DNA from: Torpedo marmorata
Lineage: Eukaryota
Direction: 5' to 3'
Length of the DNA: 64,000 nt
NCBI GenBank assembly: GCA_977017645.1
Contig: OZ360222.1
Location: 129,766,001 to 129,830,000 of the forward strand
Made by a program: the position numbers and the translations under genes. The notes under the pieces were generated by a model. It was not told where the DNA came from. It was given only the letters and a program-made list of their open reading frames with translations, and searched no databases. Positions 25,031 to 37,390 of the stretch are shown piece by piece. How positions within the stretch are numbered: position 1 is the first letter of the stretch; each line of letters opens with the position of its first letter.

Positions 25031-26317
25031 TTGTCAGTATCCATGGATACCAGTTAAAATAATCAAACTTGGGCATAATCAAATTGCTTACCATTGATTA
25101 CTTTCAGACAATTATAAAATATAAAAAGACTGGACTGAAAGGGGAAAGATGGGAAAATGTAACACAAAATAGAAAAAAAAACTGATCAGATGTTGTTGGA
25201 GCAGATAGTTTCCTATAAAAATGGAAGGTTGGGGAGAAATCATTTGAACTAATGAATACATGTAATTATCCTTATTCTGTTTGCACTGTTAATAGAACAG
25301 AATTCCTGAAAAATAATCAAAAAAGCACTTAAAAGATTTGAGGGAAAATGCAAACGCATCATTCTCTAATTACATGGTTTTGCTAGTCAACATTGAAGCT
25401 TACTTTTTGAGTAATGCTTGATTAGATAAGCATCCAGTGTTTATGCATGCCTAGCCCCAGGGAAGAAACGGATAGAACAGGTTGTGATTACATTGAGGGG
25501 CACACTACAATTTAAAGGCTTTCCCATTGCCACCAGAGAGAATGAAACACAGCTGAGGAAGTTATTTGTGAGCCTAGTCTGGTGCACAAAGCTAAACAAA
25601 ACCCTAACGAATAAATTTCTAACTGCTTAATCTCTGACGCCACTGATAGTCAAGATGTGTGCTTATGGATATAACAGTCATTCCTTTTCCTATCCAGCCT
25701 CTATATCCTTCATGCTTTGGCAGCACAAAATTGAAGAAAATCTTTAAATGCATGAACATAATTTGCATCTGTTTTATTTGGAGGAGGGGATGGGCGTGAA
25801 AAAATTAAGTTCTTCTTGCCTTCCTGGGAAGAGAAAAAAAATGCAAGTCCCTTCTTGCTTTCCTTACAAGAGAAGACAATGCAATCCCAACTCGAAAGTC
25901 ACAAAGGGGCTTGAAGCCCTGCAGTGTTCAGGCAAACTTGCTCCAGATTTGACCCAATAAATCTGCCAGTCTTCCAAAGCTCTGCCCTGCAAAAATGGTA
26001 ATCTTCGTGATGATCTAAATATCTAAATAGGATAGACGATGTTTTATGATCCTAACAAACATTTACTAAAGTGGTCTCTGATACAGCTGAGATGCTCTTT
26101 AGGAACGTGATCTGTTTGTCAATCTGGACTTATTTTCCAAAGCTACAAATTTTGGACAACATATCATCTTTATAGAATCCATTTTTAGAAGAAAACTATC
26201 CATTTTACAATTCGTTAAACATTTTGAAATGGTATAATTTAGACAGTAGCTGCCAAAAATGACAGCAAAGTGCACAAGAATAAATGGCGTGGATAAAGTA
26301 AACTTAGGATTCCATCG

Positions 26318-27082
26318 AAAAAATGGTGGCGCTGCTGTAACAGCAGTGCTGCCGCTGTGTGTGCCCGGGAGAGCAGGGAGCGGTGACACAGGGCTGCTCA
26401 GCAGGATCCTACCGTCCGGACCATATTCCGATAGCACAGTACAGGCTTTAAATGCCTGTTAAAGGAGCCAACGGTATTTTCCAAATCCAGCAACCACAGA
26501 GGTCTGTGCCCAAGATGGTGGCACCTGTGCTAGGATAGGGGGGGCGGGAGGGGGGGGTGAAGACTCTGGGGGAGCAGTGGACCAGTACAGGGCACAAGAA
26601 ACAGGGAGAATACCCCAACATTGAGAAGGAGAGGCAAAGTAGATGACCCTACTGGATGGTAACCATGGCAGAGGACCAGCGAGGAGCTTAATGGTTGAAG
26701 GACCCACTGTTGGCAACTTGCAGTTGAAGGACTCACACCACACTCCGTCCGGGCTGCTGGAGATTAGTTCATGGGAACCAGGTATTCGAGAGGGTGCTGA
26801 GGGCAAGAAGCCCTGATCGTATCGGAGGTTTGGATCTGGAGCTTGGGTTGCCGATGGATCGAACAGAAGTCTGTGCAGCTGCAGAGGCTGCGAAAGTGCT
26901 GGAGGTGAATCCACAGACACTCAGTTTCTCTGAAAGGATTCACTTTTGCTTCTCTTTCTCCTATTGTTAGGAGCGCAGGGCAATGCTCATGGCAACTCTT
27001 TGTTTGCCTTGAAGCATGTCATGTATATTACATTTTTAATGTATTATTATGTGACAATAAAAGGAAATTTTGAACCTTTGAA
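26318..27082 (+). mobile_element. Element X, full-length copy
   Basis: Starts aaaaaatggtggcgctg, internal ccaagatggtggc, ends gtgacaataaaagg...ttgaac; colinear with 33159-33967. Confidence 0.85.
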
Positions 27083-27675
27083 AGTAAGATGGGGTTTTAA
27101 AGGCACTGGATTCTGATGAACATTTAAAGATCTGTGTGTGATCTTCATTTAAAGGTGAACTATTCTAGAGTCCTGAACACAATTCAAGCTGACACCCTCG
27201 TGCAGTGCTGAAGGATACCACCATTTGAGGTGTGCCTTGCCTATTCAGGTGGACATAAAAGATCCTCACACATAATTCAATTAAGCTACAATTCTGAAAA
27301 ACACCCAGCTCCTGACTTGCTCATGATGTCACATCATTAACATGTCTGGTTCAGTTAAACTGAAGAGTTTTCCCCATTTCCCAGCCAGGATCAGAAAAAC
27401 AACAATAAATTAGGAATTTATCTCATTTTTTTCGTGTGAATCATTTGAGGAAGCTGCTAATATCCAGGGACCATCTTCCACATGTACACGAGAAAGTAAT
27501 AATGAGACCTATCTTCAAAAGTTGGAACAATGTTGAGGGAAAAGGGGCTGCAGGATTTACACCTCTAAGCTCCTTCACTAAGGAGCTATTTTCCAAGTTA
27601 GGATAGATCTGACCTGAAGGCAACTTGCTGATGGTGCTGTCCCCAAGCACCAACTTCTCTTGTCCTTCCTGTGGC

Positions 27676-28656
27676 TGGCCTGGCCCCCTCTGTCCCCAGA
27701 CACAACAAACACAGGATTCCCTTCGTCCTGACCTACCACCCCACCAGCCTCCACATCCAACACATTATCCTCCATAATTTTCGGAACTTACAACGTGATC
27801 CCACAACCAGAAAAATCTTCCCCTCTCCTCCCCTCTCTGCCTTCCGTAGAGACCGCTCCCTCTGTGCCTCCCTCGTGCAGTCATCCCTCCCCACCAATAC
27901 CCCACCCCCCCGGCACCTTCCCCTGTGGCCGTAGGAAGTGCCACACTTGTACCCACACCTCCTCCCCCACCACAGTTCGGAGAACCCAAATAGGCCTTTC
28001 AAGTGAAGCAACACTTCACTTGTGTATCCGCGGAGTGATTTACTGCATCCGGTACTCCCTTTGTGGCCTTCTCTACATCGGAGAGACTGGTCAAAAATTG
28101 GGAGATCACTTCGCTGAGCAACTTTACTCTGTCCCCATCAGTGACAGGGATCTCCCAGTGGCCAACCATTTCAATTCCACGTCCCACTCCCATACTCACA
28201 TGTCTGTCCATGGCCTCATGTACTATCCCATCAAGACCATCCGTAAATTGGAGGAACAACACTTGATTTTCCGTCTGGGCACTCTACAGCCGGATGGCAT
28301 TAGCATCGACCTCTCCATTTTCTGCTAACCTACTCGCCATTCTCCCTCCCTTCCCTTCCCCTTGTCTTCTTTTCCTCAGCTCTCCACCCCCTTCCCTCTC
28401 TATTCACCAAGCCATCCCTCCTCCACCTGCTTGCTTCAGTGCCCTCCCTCCCTTCTCCCTCCACCTATTACCTCCTGCCTTTGGGACCATACTCCTCATC
28501 CCACCCCTCCCCCCTTACCTTTTTGTTCGGACGCTGCCAACATTTGTCCATACCTTAATCAACGGCTCAAGCCTGAAACATTGGTTATGTATCTTTATCT
28601 TTGCTATATAAAGGATACTGTTTGACCTGCTGAGTTTCTCCAGCATTGTGTTTTTA
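27676..28656 (+). mobile_element. 5'-truncated Penelope-like element (GIY-YIG endonuclease region + tail)
   Basis: IPFVLTYHP, PCGRRKCHTC, VIYCI..CGLLYIGETG, VANHF, LEEQHLIFRLGTLQPDG; 11-bp TSD cttcctgtggc (27665-27675, 28657-28667). Confidence 0.92.
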
Positions 28657-29139
28657 CTTCCTGTGGCCATCCCAGATTTGGTAGGTTATGCTAAAGAAGC
28701 CTTGACAAATAACTGAACTTCATTTTGTAGATGGCTCTCATTTGCCAGTACTGGAGGGACTGAATGGGGTCGTAGTCAAGTCAGCTGCTTTGTTGTTGAA
28801 TGATTCTGAGCTTCTCTCTAGAAGCTGGAGTCATCTAAGTAAGTAGACAGTGTTCCATCACAATCTTAATTTGTGTGTTGCATACTTTAGTTAGGCTATG
28901 AGGACTGAGAAGTGAATTGCTTGTTGGAAGTTATCAACCCCTTAATCTATTCTTGCAGCCACAGTGTTTAATTGGTTCAATTAAGCATCTGGCCAATGAT
29001 GGCCCTTAAGATGGTGATGTTGAGCCACTTGTTATGGTAATTCACTTAATGTCAACAGTAAGTTGTCAAGCTCACTCTTGTTGGAAAAGGTCGCAGTCTG
29101 GTTCTTCTGTGACATGATTGTTACTTATAGATTTTTTTA

Positions 29140-29505
29140 CATTTAGATCAAGAGAGATACAGCACTGTAACATGTCCTTCCATGAGCCCACACCCCCCCC
29201 CCCGCATATACACACATGTGACCAATTAACTGATGAACCCCACAAGTCTTTGGAATATGGGAGGAAACTGGAGCAACCAGAGGAAACCTACACAGAGTGA
29301 AACACGAAAGTCTGCAGACGCTGTGATTGTAGTAAAAACACACCAAAATGCTGGGGGATCTCAGCCGGTCTTTCAGCGTCCATAGGAGACAAAGATACGG
29401 ACACGGGGAGAACATACAAACTCCTTAAAGAAAGCGGCAGATTCGAACCTAGGTTGCTGGCGCTGTAATAGCATTGCACTAACTGCTACGCAAACCATGC
29501 TGCAT
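29140..29505 (-). mobile_element. tRNA-derived V-SINE (HE1-like) with a ~100-bp Penelope-tail insertion (~29298-29400)
   Basis: Reverse-complement B-box (gattcgaacc), V-domain (gggaggaaactggagca...gaggaaacc) and CR1-type tail. Confidence 0.8.
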
Positions 29506-29534
29506 CATGCCTAAATTTGGTTATGCAGGCAAAC

Positions 29535-30040
29535 TTAGAACATTACAGCACAGTACAGGCCCTTCAGCCCACAATGTTGTGCCAACCTATATAAACATAC
29601 GCAACGAACTAAACCTTCCCGACATCAAACCTATAACCCTCTATTTTTCTTGCATCCATGTGCCTGTCTAAGAGTCTTTTAAATGTCCCTATTGTACTAG
29701 CCGCCACCACCACCCCTGGCAATGCATTCCAGGCACTCTCTACTCTCTGTGTAAAGCAAACTTACCCTGACATCTCTCCTAAACTTTCCTCCCCTCACCT
29801 TGTATAGATGTCCTCTGGTGTTTGCTACTCTTGCCCTGGGAAAAAGGTGCTGGCTGTCTATCCTATCTGTGCCTCTCATAATCTTGTAGACCTCTGTTAA
29901 GTCACTTCTCATACTTCTTCACTCCAAAGAGAAAAGGCCGAGCTCTGTTAACCTTGCCCCATGAGACATGTTCTCCAATCCAGGCAATATCCTGATAAAT
30001 CTCCTCTGCACCCTCTCCATGGCTTTCACATCCTTCCTGT
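29535..30040 (-). mobile_element. CR1 3' fragment
   Basis: ORF 29697-29912 (DLTEVYKIMRG..TRGH) plus CR1 tail. Confidence 0.85.
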
Positions 30041-30367
30041 TATAATTATCAATTTAAAAACCCACTCCTGACTTTATGATGAAGGAGCTAACATAGTTAG
30101 GTCAAGAATTATGTCCTGAAAAATAATGACAGTGATGTTCAGGAACCAGAATGATTGATCTCCATTGACATATAGAAGAGAATTTTCTCCTTGATGCCAC
30201 CGACTCTACTTCTCGTAAGATCCCTTTATGTCACACTTAGGCAAATCTTGCTTTATTGTCAAAGGCAGTTAATCACAACTCACCTCTTGACTTAAGTAGT
30301 TTTGTTCACACTTTGGACCAAGGATGCAATGAGATCCAGTGAATCCCAAACAGAGCATTAATAAGCA

Positions 30368-30605
30368 ATTAGCGCAACTCTATTACAGCGGCAGTGACCT
30401 AGGTTTGAATCTGGCGCTGTCTGTAAGAAGTTTGTTCGTTCACCCTGTGTCTACGTGGGTTTTCTCCAGGTGCTCCGGTTTCCTCCCACCCTCCAAAACG
30501 TACTGGGTTGTAGGTTAATTTGGGTGTAATTGGGCAGCCGGAGTTTAAATGGCCAGAATCAGATTCTACTGTGCTGTAAATAAAATTTAAAATTTAATTT
30601 TTAAA
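30368..30605 (+). mobile_element. V-SINE (HE1-like)
   Basis: ggtttgaatc B-box, gtgggttttctccaggtgctccggtttcctcccac V-domain, tail ctgtgctgtaaataaaattt. Confidence 0.8.
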
Positions 30606-31090
30606 AATTTAACCAGGTTTTTGATAATGAAATGCTGGTTGAAAGCACTGCCACCAACATGTTCTACTACTTTATTCATAATTGAGGATAGACTGATGAG
30701 CTGATAATTAGGCAAGTTTTTGCCAGAATCCTGCTTTTTGTGACAATGCATTGCCATCTACGAAACTTGTTTGTATGAATTGGTCACTGCATTTGTTGCA
30801 AAATACTGACTGTTTTCAGAAATAATTCACTGTGAAATGCTTGGGTACCAAAGACACGATCTAAATATAACATGTTTCTTTTCATATTAGAGATAGCAAA
30901 CTGCAGCTGGATGAAAAATCAAAGACAGTCATACATTTATATAATGCTTGAAGAAACTGAATACATTGCAAAGTACTTGACAATCACAATGAGCAGTTCT
31001 GAAGATGTTCAGAAAAACAGCAGCACTTTATATGATCTTGATAGACAAATATTGGCTATGATATGGGAAGACCACCCTCATGTAGTAAAT

Positions 31091-31315
31091 GTAACTTTAA
31101 AAACTGAGTTTATCATGTGGTAGGACACAGATATAGTTATACCTGATATTGCTGTATAGTTGAAAATTACTGCCTTCAATAAAGGATGTTCTGGCTTTGG
31201 GTAACTTTAAAAACTGAGTTTATCATGTGGTAGGATGCAGATATAGTTATACCTGATATTGTTGTATAGTTGAAAATTACTGCCTTCAATAAAGGATGTT
31301 CTGGCTTTGGGTAAC
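31091..31315. repeat. 110-bp tandem duplication spanning the L1 5' junction
   Basis: 31091-31200 is repeated at 31201-31310 with 3 substitutions; bounded by gtaac. Confidence 0.95.
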
Positions 31316-32467
31316 AAAATCTTAAACATTTGGCACCAGAAGGGGATCCAGTATATTGAAGATTGTTATGAGAAAGGACAACTTATGTCTTTTGAAGAGT
31401 AAATATGATTTGTCTAATGGAACCTTCTACTGTTTTCTTCAACTAAGGTCCTTCTTGAGGGATAGATGGGGTCCTACAATGACCCCATCTAGGTGTAATG
31501 AAATGGAAAAGCTGCTTCGATTGGGAAGTGCACCTAAATTCATATCTAGAATGTATTTCGTACTCCAAAGCGAAAGCCCTAAGCCAGGCCTACAAAGATC
31601 GAGAGAGAGGTGGGAGTCGGACTTGGGCATAACAATTCACGAACTATGCTGGTCAGACTGGTGTTTAGATAGCATGACAGCAGTCATTAATGCCAGATAC
31701 AGGCTGGTTCAATATAATTTCCTACACCAATTGTATCTCATACCACAAAAACTACACAAGTCAAAATCAGAAATATCAGAAATGTATTTCAGGTGTGGTA
31801 TAGAAATTGGATCCTTTTTACACTCCACTTGGTCATGAGCAAAGGTAAGGCCCTTTTGGCATGATTCAGCTTAACGCACTAACTAGGATTACGGGAGTAG
31901 CCTTTCCACTAGACCCGGAGTTGTATCTTTTAGGAAACCTCATGGACATGAGCAACAGATTATCTAAATTCCAAATTCAATTTGTAAAAGTTGCTCTGTC
32001 TGTAGCAAAAAAATGCATCGCAGTTACTTGGAAGTCCAACTCCCTCCTTCTCATCACTCGATGGTCTACGGAAATGTACAGCTGTATCACGATGGAAAAA
32101 ATTACAAATAGTCTTAGAAATAAATATGATAACTTTGTTAAAGTGTGGCAACCGTACTTGGAGCACATTGGTGCTCAGTTGTAATCAAAGCCCTGAGGTA
32201 TGGTATAATGTAATGTATAATTATTTTAAGGGTGTGACATCCCCAAATACTTGAACAAAAGTTGTAAGCACTGACGGTACTTTTAGTTTTCTTTTATTTT
32301 TCTTTTGTCTTGGTTTTATTCTTTTTCTTTTTTTGGGTGGGGAAGGGAGCGTTAAGGGGTGTAATGTATTCTGTACTTGACACGTTTGAAATTTGTGTAT
32401 ATTTCGCGATTGTTTATTAATGTTTTGTGAAAATTTCTGAAAATGAAAAATAAAATATTTTAAAAAA
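31304..32467 (+). mobile_element. 5'-truncated L1 (second family)
   Basis: ORF2 C-terminus (RYRLVQYNFLHQLYL, MEKIT..W.PY); poly-A; 16-bp TSD aataaaggatgttctg (31288-31303, 32468-32483). Confidence 0.93.
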
Positions 32468-32689
32468 AATAAAGGATGTTCTGCTGATAGCACAATGTCT
32501 GTTACTTGCTTCTCAAAACAGTAACACTGAAGAACCCACTGGTGATGAGGACTAGGTGTTGTTACTAGAGGAGCAAGACAGTGATTTAGTGTAAAGAAAA
32601 TAGAAATTGATGTTCTCTAATTAGAGCAATGATGGTGGCAAGTAATAAATGAGTTGGATATGGTGACCAGCTGGGGCAGACTCAGTCAT

Positions 32690-33158
32690 TTGTCCTGTTT
32701 ATGCAAGAATGGAAACGTTCCTGAGAGCAAACAATATTGTCAACTTTTTGGAGGACACAGAACAGAGAAATATGGAAGTGCAGAAGTGAAAGGTGATATT
32801 TCACTGAATTTCACGACTTGTTAATGACAATAAATTCTGATTCTGATTTTGCTAGTGTTAAAGCCAGAAATACAAATGACATTGGTGAGTTGACTGATTC
32901 CATATTTTACAAATGAACAGAGTGAAACATTTGAAGGCATATCTGAAAACATTAAAAAATTTCAAGAGCCACAAGTCCAACTCATGCAACCAGTGACGAG
33001 AGGAAACAGTTGACGAATATGTGGTCAGGCTAAAAGCACTGGCAAAGAGATGTAATTTCCCAACTCTTTTACCCTGCACATATTACTTGAAAGTGAAAAC
33101 AACTTCCCACAGGATGCAACTTTGAGGTGCAAACAATGAACAGATCCATAGAGACTGC
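32690..33158 (+). mobile_element. Degraded Ty3/Gypsy gag remnant
   Basis: Manual translation gives YARMETFLRANNI (~32700) and Q*REETVDEYVVRLKALAKRCNF (~32990-33060), typical gag N-terminal and major-homology-like motifs. Confidence 0.55.
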
Positions 33159-33967
33159 AAAAAAAAATGGCGGCGCTGCCGGAGCTGCTGTAACGGCAGC
33201 GCTGCCGCTGGTGCGGACCCACGGGGAGCGGAGACACAGTGCTCCCGCAGGATCCAACCGCCCAGTCAACTGCCGTCAGCTCCCTACAGGCTTTGAACAC
33301 CCCGTTAAAGGAGCCGACGGTAGTTTTGTTTAAAATCTCGTGACCATGGGGTCTGGACCCAAGTTGGCGGCGCCTATGATCGGCAGGAGCCACGAGGGGT
33401 TGCAGACTCCAGGGATGTGGAGGACTGGCACAGGGAATCAGAAAATGGGGAGACCACCCCTCCCCCCCCTCTGAGAAGGAGAAGCAGAGGAGATGACCCA
33501 CGAGATGGTGACCACGGCGGCGAACCAGTGAGGGGTCCTGCAGCCGAAGGACCCACACAGGCAGCGGGCTGCTGGATATTGCGGTCAAGGGATTCGCACC
33601 AGGCTGCAGACTGCTGGAAACTGGCTCGAAACTGGCTGAAGGGGTACCAGGTATCGGAACCGAGATGCGAGAGAGTGCCGAGGATGTTGAAGGGTTTCTA
33701 ATGGTATCGGAGGTTCGAATCTAGAGCTCGGGTTGCCGATGGTTTGGACTGGACTCTGTGTGGCTGTGAGGGCTGCGGGAGCACTGGAGGCGAATCTATG
33801 AAACTCGGTGACTCTGGGGGGAACTCTCTTTTGCTTCTCTTTCTCTGACTGTAAGAGGCGCTTCAGGCAATTTCTGCCGATGGTGAATCTGTCTGCCTTA
33901 CAGCAGACAAAAGCAATTTTGTGTAATATGACACTGTTTTTATTACATGACAATAAATTGAATCTTG
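33159..33967 (+). mobile_element. Element X, best-preserved full-length copy
   Basis: AAAATGGCGGCG start with a 5' hairpin; ends ttacatgacaataaattgaatcttg. Confidence 0.88.
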
Positions 33968-34414
33968 TCTTCTTTGTGGCCAATTCACAAAGAGACGACC
34001 TGTGGGTTTGTTAGGAATCCAATAGGTCACCTGATTGCAAAATGCAGGAATTATACTGGTGCTGCAAATAAAATAATACAGAGGCATTGACATGAATATT
34101 ATACATTCAAGATGACCCTGTGCAATAACTGCCACACCCTGAACACACTGCAAGAGAATCCAAGTCCCCGTAGAAAGTAAATAAATAGTAAAATGTGTAT
34201 TATGAAACAAATAAACCATTGGGTTACCATTAGAGACAAATGTATCCAGTTGACATTCGAAGTTGTAGGCTGGTAACATGCTTCAGTGATCAGTGGAACA
34301 GACTGACCAAGTCAACTGTATTGAGGGACTGTTTTCTTCAAATGCACAACGAGGAGATCCAAGTACAATTTGAGAATTTCCATAGCATCCCTGGCTAGTA
34401 GATACTCGTTTACC

Positions 34415-35260
34415 CAGGACACAACAGTAGTTGGCCTCATCAGCAACAGTGCTGAGTCGCATTACAGAGAGGAGGTTGAAAGGCTGATAAAATGGTGTGA
34501 GAACAACAGCCTGATACTCAACGTGGACAAGACAAAGGAGATGATTGTTGACTTCAGGAGGACGAAAGTTGACCATTCTCCTTGACACATCAATGGTTCC
34601 ACCGTGGAGAGAGTGGAGAGCACAAAGTTCTTTGGCATGCATACAAGAGACGACCTATCCTGGAATCACAACACCTCCTCATTTGTCAGGAAGACGTAGC
34701 ACCGCCTACACTTCCTAAGGAGGCTGGGGAGGGCAAGGCTACCGGCCCCCATCTTGACAACCTTTTACAGGAGCACAATTGAGAGTGTCTTATCTGGCTG
34801 CATCATTTTGTGGTACAGTAGATGCAAAGCATCACACCAGAGTCCCTACAGAGGATCATTAAAACAGCTGAGAGGATCACTGGGGTCCCCCTTTCCTCTA
34901 TTGATGACATTTACTGGAAGCGCTGTCTAAATAGGGCTCAAGGAATTATAGAAGATCCTTTTCATCCAGCACACAATATCTTCAATGTACTACCATCAAG
35001 AAGGTGGTACAGGAGCATCAAAATCAGGTTTACCAGGCTGGGGATAGCTTCTTCTCAGTCTGTGAGATTGATGAACAGTGTCCTGTAGCCGTGAAAATCA
35101 TCCCAAATATTTATATATATTTGTTTTGATTATAATTATTTATGTGATCATTATGTACTGTGTATTATGCGTTTTTGTGTGTGCTTCATGGTCTGGAGGA
35201 GAGACACTGTTTTGTTGGTTGTACTTGTACGATCAGATGATAATAAACCTGAACGTGAAT
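34415..35260 (+). mobile_element. 5'-truncated Rex1/Babar LINE
   Basis: [32 protein letters not shown]; closely resembles 5810-6990; tail gataataaacctgaac. Confidence 0.9.
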
Positions 35261-35354
35261 AATGAGAAGCCTGCCAAATGCATCTCTTGGACAGAGACCA
35301 AGCCATCCTATATCCATGGAACTATTTACAAACTTCAGTGGCAAGCAGCTTAGA

Positions 35355-35930
35355 TGAACATAAAACAGTGCAGCACAGGAACAGGTCCTTCAGCCCACCT
35401 GTCTGTGTCGAAACTGATGTCCAAATCAAACTAAAAATCTGCTGCTTGCACCTGATTGATATGCCTCCATCCCCTTCATATTCAGGTATCTATATAGAAG
35501 CCTCTTAAATGCAACCATTCTGTCTGCTTCCACCATTACTTCTGGCACCCTGTTCCAGGCACATACACTTACCCCACACATTTCCCTTAAAATTCCTCCC
35601 CCACAACTTAAACATGTGTCCTCCAGTGTATAACACTTTTGCCTTGAGGAAAAGATTCTGACTATCCACCCCATCAATTCCTCTCGTGATTTTATACACC
35701 TCTATCAGGTCTCCCCTCAGCTTCCTGCACTCCAGAGAAAATAACCCAAGTCCATCCAATCTGTCTTCATAACTCAATCCCTCCAAACCAGGCAACATCC
35801 TGGGAAACATCTTCTGCACCTTTCCAAAACCTCTACATCCTTCGTGTAATGGGGCAACCAGAATTGCACACAGTATTCCAAGTACGCCCTAACCAAATGT
35901 TATGAAGCTGTAATATGACATCCTTACCAA
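35355..35930 (-). mobile_element. CR1 3' fragment
   Basis: ORF 35505-35819 (LGLFSLECRKLRGDLIEVYKI) plus tail. Confidence 0.85.
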
Positions 35931-36068
35931 TGACAGCAAAGTGCAGTCAAGAAAGACTGAAAATAGTCACCGAGCCGTTGAAAGCCTCGGCGACAATCCA
36001 CTCTGGGACAGTCAGAGAAATTAATTTAATGATTACAAAGGTGTCTGATAGAAAGAAGAAGGGTTTTG

Positions 36069-36781
36069 TCAAAATCAGAAATATCAGAAATGTGTTTCAG
36101 GTGTGGTATAGAAATTGGATCCTTTTTACACTCCACTTGGTCAGGTGCAAAGGTAAGGCCCTTTTGGCATGATTTAGCTAACGCACTAACTAGAATTATA
36201 GGAGTAGCCTTTCCACTAGACCCGGAGTTATACCTTTTAGGAAACCTCATGGACATAAGCAACAGATTATCTAAATTCCAAATTCAATTTGTAAAAGTTG
36301 CTCTGTTCCTAGCAAAAAAATGCATCGCAGTTACTTGGAAGTCCGACTCCCCCCTTCTCATCACTCAATGGTCTACGGAAATGTACAGCTGTATCCCCAT
36401 GGAAAAACTTACATATAGTCTGAGAAATAAATATGATAACTTTGTTAAAGTGTGGCAACCGTACTTGGAGCACATTGGTGCTCAGTTGTAATCAAACCCC
36501 TGAGGTACGGTATAATGTAATGTATAATTATTTTAAGGGTTTGACATCCCCAAATACTTGAACAAAAGTTGTAAGCACTAACGGTACATTTAGTTTTCTT
36601 TTCTTTTTATTTTTCTTTTGTCTTGGTTTTATTCTTTTTCTTTTTTTGGGTGGGGAAGGGAGGGTTAAGGGGTGTAATATATTGTGTACTTGACACGTTT
36701 GAAATTTGTGTATATTTCGTGATTGTTTATTAATGTTTTGTGAAAATTTCTGAAAATGAAAAATAAAATATTTTTTTTAAA
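36069..36781 (+). mobile_element. 5'-truncated L1, near-identical to 31760-32467
   Basis: Same C-terminus and 3' UTR; 17-bp TSD aaagaagaa(g/a)ggttttg (36052-36068, 36782-36798). Confidence 0.93.
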
Positions 36782-36941
36782 AAAGAAGAAAGGTTTTGGG
36801 TCCACAGGAAGGCAGAGTTGGAGCCAGGATGCTTGATGGGTTGAAAGATGGAGAACTTTAAGAGACAACCAAAGTAGACATTGTTTCACCTGGACTTATG
36901 GTGTCCAATAAGGTACCAAATACAAAGTAAAATTGTAACTA

Positions 36942-37390
36942 CCGTATACACTCATGTAATAGTTGATCCTGTTTAAAAGTCGACCCCCCCCATTTTTGGG
37001 CCAAAAATGGCGCATTTTCCGTATATCGCGTGTAAAAGTCAACCCCCCCTATTTTTTGCCCTGACCTCTCGCCCATCCAAGCTCCTAACGCCCCGATCGC
37101 GAACTCTCACCTCAACCGCCCACCCATCCGAGCTCCCGACGCTCTGACCACCCGCCCATCGGAGCTCCCAACGACTCGACAGCGGATCCTCACCTCAGCC
37201 GCCCGCCCATCGAGATCCTGACGCCCCGACTGCGGACTTACCAGCCGGTCCTGGCCATCCGAGCTCCCGACACCTTGAATGACGCAGGTACTTACTATAG
37301 TCAAAAGTAGTATCCATGTAAAAGTTGACCCCCCAAATTTGACCTGAAAATTTGGTCCCCAAAACTCGACTATTACATGAATATATACAG
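36942..37390. mobile_element. Non-autonomous pogo/Tc2-type MITE
   Basis: TA flanks; imperfect TIR CCGTATACACTCATGTAATAGTTGA / TCGACTATTACATGAATATATACAG; internal aaaagtcgacccc motifs and gagctcccgac repeats. Confidence 0.8.

Noticed and set aside
29430-29505. tRNA gene (also at 30368-30420)
   Set aside because: tRNA-like boxes are SINE heads joined to a V-domain and tail; no complete cloverleaf.
33025-33983. ORFs of 60-187 aa over element X (also at 26099-26920, 38704-39236 and 6872-7386)
   Set aside because: Frames are not conserved between copies of the repeat.
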